From the NCBI RefSeq assembly GCF_004010195.1, contig NC_057755.1:3076789-3118904 (forward strand): 42,116 nucleotides of DNA, read 5' to 3'. Below the pieces are notes generated by a model, which had not been told where the DNA came from, made no database searches, and saw only the letters and a program-made list of their open reading frames with translations. Shown here piece by piece: positions 34,848 through 42,116 of the stretch. Positions within the stretch are counted from its first letter, which is position 1. Each line of letters opens with the position of its first letter. A program made the position numbers and the translations under genes. The DNA is from Chiloscyllium plagiosum. Lineage: Eukaryota.

Positions 34848-36085
34848 AGCAGCTGAGGGAGTGCTGTGCTGTCGGAGGGTCAGTGCTTAGGGAGCACCGC
34901 ACTGTCAAAGGGTCAATACTGATGGAGTGTCGCACTGTCAGAGGGTCGGTACTGAGGGAGTGCCACACTGTCAGAGGGTCGGTACTGATGGTGTGTCGCA
35001 CTGTCAGAAGGTCGGTACTGAGGGAGTGCCACACTATCGGTGAGTCAGTACTGAGGGAGTGCTGCATTTCGGAGGGTAGGTACTGTGGGAATGCCCCACT
35101 GTCGGAGGGTCTTACAAAGCGAGCACCGCACTCTCGGAGGGACAGTACTGAGGGGGCACTGCACTGTCTAAGGGTCAGTACTGAGGGACTGCTGCACTGT
35201 CAGGTCAGTGCTGAGGGAGCGCCGCATTGTCAGAGGGTCAGTACTGAGGGAGCGCCGCACTGTCAGAGGGTCAGTACTGAGGGAGCGCTGCACTGAGCGC
35301 CGCATTGTCAGAGGGTCAGTGCTGAGGGAGCGCAGCACTGTCAGAGGGACAGTACTGAGGGGGCACTGCACTGTCTAAGGGTCAGTACTGAGAGACTGCT
35401 GCACTGTCAGGTCAGTGCTGAGGGAGCGCCGCATTGTCAGAGGGCCAGTGCTGAGGGAGCGCCGCATTGTCAGAGGGTCAGTGCTGAGGGAGCGCAGCAC
35501 TGTCTGAGGGTCAGTACTGAGGGAGCGCCGCACTATCAGAGGGTCAGTACTGAGGGAGCGCCGCACTGTCAGAGGGTCAGTACTGAGGGACTGCCGCACT
35601 GTCAGAGGGTCAGTGCTGAGGGACGGCCACACTGTCAGAGGGTCAGTGCTGAGGGAACATTGCACTGTCAGAGAGTCAGTGCTGAGGGAGCGCCGCACTG
35701 TAGGAGGGTCAGTGCTGAGGGAGCACCACACTGTCAGAGGGTCAGTGCTGAGTGAGCGCCGCACTGTTTAAGGGTCAGTGATGAGAAAGTGCTGCACTGT
35801 CAGAGGGTCAGTACTGAGGGAGCGTTGCACTATCATAGGGTCAGTGCTGAGGGAACGCCGCACTGTCGGAGGGTCGGTGCTGAGGGAGTGCTGCACTATC
35901 AGAGGGTCAGTGCTGAGGGAGCGCCACACTGTCAGAGGATCAGTGCTGAGGAAGCACCGCACTGTCAGAGGGTCAGTGCTGAGGGAGCGCCGCATTCTCG
36001 GAGGGTCAGTGCTGAGGGAGCGCCGCACTGTCGGAGGGTCAGTGCTGAAGGAGCACCGCACTGTCGGAGGGTCAGGACTGAGGCA
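34848..36085. repeat. 33-bp tandem satellite, consensus about CAGTRCTGAGGGAGCGCCGCACTGTCAGAGGGT, roughly 37 copies
   Basis: Direct tandem periodicity; produces the 11-residue STDPLTVRRSL pseudo-ORFs. Confidence 0.97.
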
Positions 36086-36494
36086 GGCTGATTACAAAGC
36101 AAGTGGTTGCTGCTGAGATTGGTTCTTTCAATCTGGGAGGATGAGGTCACTTTGTCTGCCTGCCTCAACCTGACTCTGAGAGGATGCAGGCTGACAGCTC
36201 TTCAATGTGTGTCTGATATTTCCTTACGCGACAGAAACAGAACTTGTTTGAATTGCCGGAGGCAAGAAAACTTTGATGAGCAGTGTGTTATATGACACAG
36301 TATCAGCTTGTGAAAGCTTCAGGAATTTACATGTTTTGAAAAACACATTTAAGCTTGAATCAAAATTCTCACACACTTTCCAACCTTACAGCGCTGAATC
36401 TCGGAAAGATCTCTCCCCCATATTCCCACTGACCTCACCCCAGCTCCATCACCATCTGTCTCCTGTCAATCGTTCCCTTTCCAGTTTATCTTAG

Positions 36495-36655
36495 AGAAAG
36501 TGAGGACTGCAGATGCTGGAGATCAGAGTTGAGAATGTGAGGCCACATTGCTGAAGGGTTTATGCTCGAAACATCGATTCTCCTGCTCCTCGGAAGCTGC
36601 CTGACCTGCTGTTCTTTTTCAGCACCACATTCTTGACTTTCCAGCTTATCTGCAA
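36495..36655. mobile_element. Foldback Penelope-like pseudo-LTR remnant
   Basis: Antisense tail, then a sense decayed hammerhead (AAGGGTTTATGCTCGAAACATC) and tail. Confidence 0.7.
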
Positions 36656-36903
36656 TTCCACTGCAGAGGGTTCTGATTGCCTGAAGGAGCAGACTCAATG
36701 TGTTCCATACCCTAACCCCTCGATTGACCCTGCCTCCCCCACACTCTGAGGCAGCAATTTCCAGACCCTAACCCCCTCGAGTGACCCTGCCTCCCCCACA
36801 ACACTCTCAGGCAGCATGCTCCACATCCATTCTCAAGTGTCATGGTGATGGGACATGGGGAGATAATGGTCTATTGGTATTATCACTAGACTATTCACCC
36901 AGG

Positions 36904-37113
36904 GAGAGAGTGAGGAACTGCAGATGCTGGAGATCAGAGTCGAAGAGTGTGGTGCTGGATAAACAGCTGGCCAAGCAGCATCCGAGGAGCAGGAGAATCG
37001 AGATTTCAAGCAGAAACCCTTCATCATCTTCCTGATGAAGAGCCCATGCTCAAAATATCGATTGTCCTGATGCTGCCTGACCAGCTGTGCATTTACAGCA
37101 CCACACTCGACTC
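36904..37113. mobile_element. Head-to-head inverted pair of Penelope-like pseudo-LTRs
   Basis: Centre CTTCATCA-tcttcc-TGATGAAG. Each arm carries a decayed hammerhead and the family tail. Confidence 0.8.
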
Positions 37114-37164
37114 GAGACTGTTCATCCAGTCCTAGGATCTTGGGACCCAACTGTTGCTACACTG

Positions 37165-38480
37165 TTAATTCTATGATCCAGGGAATGTTCTGGGGAAGTG
37201 TGTCTGAATCCCACCACTGCAGGTGATGGAATTTAAGTGCAATCATAGAATTCTATTGTGTGGGAACAGGCCACTCAGCCCATTGAGTCCACACCGATCT
37301 TTCTGAAGAGAATCCCACCCAGACCCACTCTCCCACTCTATGCCTGTAACTCTGCATTTCCCATGACTATAATCCAACTAGCCTGCACTGCCTTGACATG
37401 AAAAACCGCCTAACCTCCACATCTTTGGACTGTGGGAGGAAATCCACGTAGACACAGGGTGAGCGTGCAACCTCAACTCAGAAGGTTGCCCAAGGGTGAA
37501 GTCGAACCTGGGTCCCTTGAACGCTGTGAGGTAGCAGTGCTGACCACTGAGCCACCTTGTCGCTGCTGTGCCATACATATCTGGAATGAGAGTTTAATGA
37601 TGGCCATGAAATCATTGGCGTTCATCAAGAAAAGCCCACCTGGCTCAGTAATGGCCTTCAGGGAAGGAAATCTGCCATCCTCACCTGATCTGGCTTGCAT
37701 GCGACTCCAGAACCACAGCAATGGCCAAGGAAACCAATCATTTGTATCAACAGTGAAGAACTCCCAATGAAGTGAATCCAGGTGGAACACCAGGCAATGA
37801 TCGAGGCACTGGAAAAGACAACAGCAGAAATAGCCCTGCTGATCCTGCAAAATCCTTCACACCATCATTGGGCACCTCGTGCCAACATTGGGAGAGCTGT
37901 CTCACAGACTAGTCAAGCAACAGCCTGAGACAGTCCTAAACTTACAGGCAAGGTCCCTGACACCACCATCCCTGTTCCTGGATAGGTCTTGTCCCATCAG
38001 CAGCACAGACCCAGGGGAGGTGACAGCACAATGGGATACACTCAGGACGAAGTTGCCCTGGAATTCCTCAACATTGACTGCGGACCCCATGAAGTCTTAT
38101 GGAATCAGGTTAAATACAGGCAAGGTAGCCACCTATTGATGACCACATGCAATCCTCCCTCTTCTGATGAATCATTTGCCACCATGTTGAACAACACTTG
38201 GAGGAAGCACTGAGGTTGCAGAATGCAATCTGAGGGGGGAGTTTCAAGGTCCACCACCAAGAATGGCTCAGTAGCTACACGACTAATCAAACTGGGTGGG
38301 TCTTAAAGGGCATAGCTGCTAGACTGGGTCCGCGGCAGGTGGTATGGGGAACTGACAAGAGGGAAAAAACAGACATAAACTCATCCTTACCAAATACCAG
38401 CTGCAGATACATCTGTCCATGATACCAGAGTGACCACCACATAGTCCTTGTGGAGACAAAGTTCTGCCTTTACATTGAGA
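37165..38480 (+). mobile_element. LINE 5' region (SINE-like leader + AP endonuclease remnant)
   Basis: Leader homologous to the second SINE family; then LGELSHRLVKQQPE.V.L and HRPRGG..EVALEFLNIDCGPHEVLWNQVKYRQGSHLLMTTCNPPSSDES, with GEFQ and DHH motifs of APE. Confidence 0.7.
37241..37563 (-). mobile_element. HE1-like SINE, antisense
   Basis: Reverse complement has GGTGGCTCAGTGGTCAGCACTGCTACCTCACAGC..GGTTCGAC and the shared body and tail. Confidence 0.88.
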
Positions 38481-38694
38481 ATAGCGACCATTTTGCTGTT
38501 CATACTTGAAGAATTTGATTTGATCACCCCTTAACCTTCTAAACTCAAAAGAGAACACGCTTAATTTGTGTAATCTCTCCTCATAATGCAGCCCCTGAAG
38601 TCCAGGAATCATTTTTATAAACCTGTGTTGTACTACCTACAAGGCTAATCTATCCTTCCTAAGGTGTGGTGCACAGATCTGCTCACAGTACCCT
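38481..38694 (-). mobile_element. CR1 ORF2 fragment, antisense
   Basis: MIPGLQGLHYEERLHKLSVFSFEFRRLRGDQIK. Confidence 0.85.
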
Positions 38695-38929
38695 GTGATA
38701 CTTTAAACTTCAGAATTTAATAACTGCTCAGGGATTGAAAACAAATAGCAATAACTCTTTTTTTTCTGGAATAAGCTGTTTCCTGCTGGAGGAGCTCACT
38801 ACATGGGACCTTAGCTAATCCCAGAACTCTGTTATAAAAATGCTAACTCCTGATAACAAAAGGGATGAATGAAACTGTAGACCCGACACAATCACCTCAA
38901 CAGCCAAAATCACTTATATCCAAACACGG

Positions 38930-39388
38930 GCTTTCTTCACTCGGTGTTAACATAGCCATCGTTACAGTTACTGCACCCCAATTTTTAAGCCCAGCAATAT
39001 AATCAAATCCCTACCTAATAGATTACTTCCAATGTCAGGAATATATAGTAATTGTCCTATCACTTCCTCATCATTTCTTCTAATTAGGGTTGGTTCAAAA
39101 ATAGGCACCAAGAATTCTTCGCCTTTTACTCCAGAAACCTTAAGATACTCCTTAGTCAATTTAACGCCGCTAGGTCTAAAACTTAGGGATGACCGTGCCG
39201 CTCCCGTGTCCACCAAAAATACTGTCTCCTCCCCTTCAGGTCCCACCTTTAAATTTATCAAAGGTTCCCGGTGGGTCTCAGGAGGAAGGAACCCCTGACT
39301 CCCCTAATCTTCATCTAAGGTCATGAGGGAAACGGCTTCCTTTTCTCGTGCTAATTCCGGGCATTCCCGTTTAAAATGCCCCACTTTC
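38930..39388 (-). mobile_element. gag-pro: Second endogenous retrovirus fragment: gag C-terminus, TAG, protease
   Basis: KVGHFKRECPELAREKEAVSLMTLDED*GSQGFLPPETHREPLINLKVGPEGEETVFLVDTGAARSSL..NLLGRDL in one frame. Half zinc knuckle, DTG active site and GRD motif. Confidence 0.92.
39242..39306 (-). promoter_or_regulatory. Predicted stop-codon readthrough signal (TAG + 8-nt spacer + H-type pseudoknot)
   Basis: UAG-GGGAGUCA-GGGGUUCC-[12 nt]-CCCACC-G-GGAACCUU-[13 nt]-GGUGGG. Confidence 0.75.
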
Positions 39389-39389
39389 C

Positions 39390-39692
39390 GTTAGCACTGC
39401 TGTCTCACAGCGCCAGAGATCCGGGTTCAATTCCTGCCTCGGGCAACTGTCTGTGTGGAGTTTGCACATTCTCCCTGTGTCTGCGTGGGTTTTCTCCGGG
39501 TGCTCCGGTTTCCTCCCACAGCCCAAAAATGTGCAGGTCAGGTGAATTGGCCATGCTAAATTGCCCGTAGTGTTAGGTGAAGGGGTAAATGTAGGGGAAT
39601 GGGACTGGGTGGGTTACTTTTCGGAGGGTCGGTGTGGACTTGTTGGGGCCGAAGCGCCTGTTTCCACATTGTAAGTAATCTAATCTAATCTA
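39390..39692 (+). mobile_element. HE1-like SINE, well preserved
   Basis: B box GGTTCAATTCC, conserved body and (TAATC)n tail. Confidence 0.92.
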
Positions 39693-39829
39693 TTACCAAC
39701 ATCTCAACCATGTCAGGTATATGTATAACTGGGGCGATGGCAACACAGTGGTGATGTCACTGGATGGCCTATACAAATAATCTGGGAACTTCAGTTCAAA
39801 TCCCAGTACGGCGGCTGGTTGAATTTCAT

Positions 39830-40135
39830 GGGGTGGCACAGTGGTTAGCACTCACAGCACCAGGGACCAGGGTTCGATTCCAGCCTCGGGTGACTGTCTG
39901 TGTGAAGTTTGCACATTCTCCCCGTGTCTGCGTGGGTTTCCTCTGGGTGCTTCGGCATCCTCCCATAGTCCAAAGATGTGCGGGTTAGGTGAACCGGCCA
40001 TGCTAAATTGCCCATAGTGCTAGATACATTAGTCAGAGGGAAATGGGTCTGGGTGAGTTACTCTTCGGAGGGCCAGTGTGGACTTGTTGGGCCGAAGGGC
40101 CTGTTTCCACACTCTAGGGAATCTGAAAAAAAAAG
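39830..40135 (+). mobile_element. HE1-like SINE
   Basis: A box TGGCACAGTGG, B box GGTTCGATTCC, conserved body and A tail. Confidence 0.92.
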
Positions 40136-40367
40136 GTAGTGGAATACCCGTTTTTAAATAACTGTTCTTTTCAGACACCGAAAGCAAACGTTAGCCAGCT
40201 GAACGGCAGACTGGGTATTGGATCAGGCTGAGCAGACCGATATGCAAACCGGTTAAATTTAAAACAAAACCAAAACAACTGCGGATGCTGGAAAACACAC
40301 AAAACCAGATATTGCTGGCAAAGCAAAACTCAGCAAGTTTGGCAGCATCTGTGGAGAGAAATCAGAG

Positions 40368-40620
40368 CTTTTTTAAAAAAATTTCAAAAATGCACTTCAT
40401 CCATAAAAATATATGCATACACATACATAGTCACTGAAACAGTTCGGTTCTGTCCAGGAGTATATGAACAAATAAACTCTGGGGTTTGACTCGACCCAGC
40501 AAACAAACTGAAGGCATCTCTTATTTGTACAAGACCATGTTCACACACATCGCAGACACCAGGGTGTCCAATAACTGAACCCCCACCCCCACAATTTCAG
40601 CAGAAAGACCGTCGAGGGCC
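40368..40620 (-). mobile_element. Tx1-like LINE 3' end, antisense
   Basis: Reverse complement resembles 19740-19810 (GTCTTT.TGCTGA..GGGGG..TTCAGT.AT.GGAC); T-rich start corresponds to the poly(A) end. Confidence 0.6.
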
Positions 40621-40732
40621 TTATATCTCTGTGAAACCTGTCTGACTTGTTCTGATAGACGTCTGAATGATTCCTGCCTGGTCCTGGAGGAACTGATTGT
40701 CCTCTGCTCGCCCTCCCAAATGGAGGGGGGAA

Positions 40733-40800
40733 GCCAGTATCAAAGATGGCGCCCTCCACTCCAGCCTCAGCACGGCATCGTCGCCATCTTTGATACTGGC
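40733..40800. repeat. Perfect 19-bp inverted repeat, 30-nt spacer, each arm containing a YY1-type motif
   Basis: GCCAGTATCAAAGATGGCG (40733-40751) and CGCCATCTTTGATACTGGC (40782-40800). Confidence 0.95.
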
Positions 40801-40881
40801 GGAACGGCTACGGTCTTACGTCCCTCCCAAGCAAACAATCCACTCCCCCCCCACCTCCGCCTGGAGGGGAACGAGGGTCCC

Positions 40882-41208
40882 GGGGATGGAGGGTAACACC
40901 CTCCTCCTGTAGGTGGGGGTGTGTGGTAGTGAGGGTTTCGGGGATGGCGCGTAACCCTCTCCCCCTGGGAGGGGGGGGGGGTAGTAGCGAGGGTCCTGGG
41001 GATGGAGGGTAACTCCCTCCCCCTGGGGGGGTGGTAGTGAGGGTACTGCGGATGGAGGGTAACCCCTCCCCCTGGGGGGGTGGTAGTGAGGGTACTGGGG
41101 ATGGAGGGTAACCCCCTCCCCCTGGGGGGCGTGGTAGTGAGGGTCCCAAGGAAGGAGGGTAACCTGCTCCCCCTGGGGAGCAGGTACTGCTGATCCTGGG
41201 GATGGAGG
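40882..41208. repeat. G-rich minisatellite, unit about 50 bp, about 6 copies
   Basis: GGGATGGAGGGTAACCCCCTCCCCCTGGGGGGGTGGTAGTGAGGGTACT recurs at about 40882, 40941, 40998, 41048, 41097 and 41148. Confidence 0.9.
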
Positions 41209-41483
41209 ACAGCCCAGAGTGCTTTCAGCAACAACAACCCGAGCCAGAGGAAACTGGTGCCTCTCTGGCCGGGAATATCGGCGGCCGAGGGTGGGTGGGG
41301 GCAGAGGTTTGGTAACACGGGTGTGGGTGGAGAGGGAGGCGATCAGTAATACCAGCCAGGAAGGGCGGATCGGTAACTTGGGAGGGAGGGTATGGGGTGT
41401 GGTGCTGACTGATTGGTAACTGTTGAGGTGGGAGGGAGGCATTGGGGTGTTCAGTAACCACCTGGGAGAGGGGTGACTTGGAT

Positions 41484-41853
41484 GTCACCATCCCTAACCA
41501 CTGACGGTAATCACAAACCCAGTCACCATCCCTAACCCCTGACAGTAATCACAAACCCAGTCACCATCCCTAACCACTGACGGTAATCACAAATCCGGTC
41601 CCCATCCCTAACCACTGACGGTAATCACAAATCCGGTCACCATCCCTAACCACTGACAGTAATCACAAACCTGGTCACCATCCCTAACCACTGACTGGTC
41701 ACCATCCCTATCCCCTGACAATAATCACAAACCCGGTCACCATCCCTAACCACTGACAGTAATCACAAACCCGGTCACCATGCCTAACCCCTGACGGTAA
41801 TCACAAATCTGGTCACCATCCCTAACCCCTGACGGTAATCACAGTCCTGGTCA
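41484..41853. repeat. 38-bp minisatellite containing CCCTAA, about 10 copies
   Basis: GTCACCATCCCTAACCACTGACGGTAATCACAAACCCG starts at 41484, 41522, 41560 and onward; one shortened unit near 41674-41697. Confidence 0.95.
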
Positions 41854-41964
41854 ATTAAGAATAACAGGATAGAGGGAGCCTGATTGTCCTGTAGTGAGGG
41901 CCAGGCCAAAGGCTAGGCATCAGAAGGGCCAGTGGAGGAGGAAAGTGAAGGTTGGTATTCAGTG

Positions 41965-42116
41965 ATCCAGGTAAAAACAATGACTGCAGATGCTGGAAAC
42001 CAGATTCTGGATTAGTGGTGCTGGAAGAGTACAGCAGTTCAGGCAGCATCCAAGGAGCTTTGAAATCGACGTTTCGGGCAAAAGCCCTTCATCAGGAATA
42101 CAGGCAGTGAGCCTGA
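41965..42116 (-). mobile_element. Penelope-like pseudo-LTR, antisense, runs off the window
   Basis: Near-identical to 25700-25825. Confidence 0.88.
42062..42100 (-). ncRNA. Minimal type I hammerhead ribozyme
   Basis: Minus strand reads attc-CTGATGA-a-GGGC-tttt-GCCC-GAAA-cg-TC-gattt. Core intact, GUC triplet, short stem I. Confidence 0.8.

Noticed and set aside
34834..36168. Repetitive ORFs (STDPLTVRRSL, RVSAEGAPHC) and CRISPR-like periodicity
   Set aside because: Translations of a 33-bp satellite. There are no unique spacers and no cas genes, and the context is eukaryotic.
40767..41442. Pro/Gly-rich ORFs of 113-208 aa
   Set aside because: Produced by the G-rich minisatellite; no domain signature or splice structure.

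Overview
Vertebrate nuclear DNA that is almost entirely decayed transposable elements. The repeat families (HE1-type tRNA-derived SINEs, CR1/HER1 LINEs, Penelope-like elements, a 33-bp satellite) and a shark-type NLR exon suggest a cartilaginous fish; this is recognition from memory, not a database result. No intact host protein-coding gene is supported. Contents: (1) many CR1 fragments and one near-full-length CR1 with nested insertions; (2) Penelope-like elements and solo/foldback pseudo-LTRs carrying minimal hammerhead ribozymes, four with intact cores; (3) Tx1/L1-clade LINE remnants; (4) Gypsy remnants with an apparent Gmr1-type domain order; (5) a Harbinger Myb/SANT remnant; (6) a gamma/epsilon-like endogenous retrovirus (pol-env-PPT-LTR) whose Env appears to carry an extra furin-delimited N-terminal module; (7) a second retroviral fragment with a gag-TAG-pro junction and a predicted MLV-like readthrough pseudoknot; (8) an orphan, disabled NACHT (NLR) exon; (9) tentative exons of a decayed, unidentified minus-strand gene; (10) three tandem-repeat arrays and a perfect 19-bp inverted repeat with two YY1 motifs. 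A 718-nt N gap lies at 31346-32063. Repeat boundaries are approximate, read by eye.
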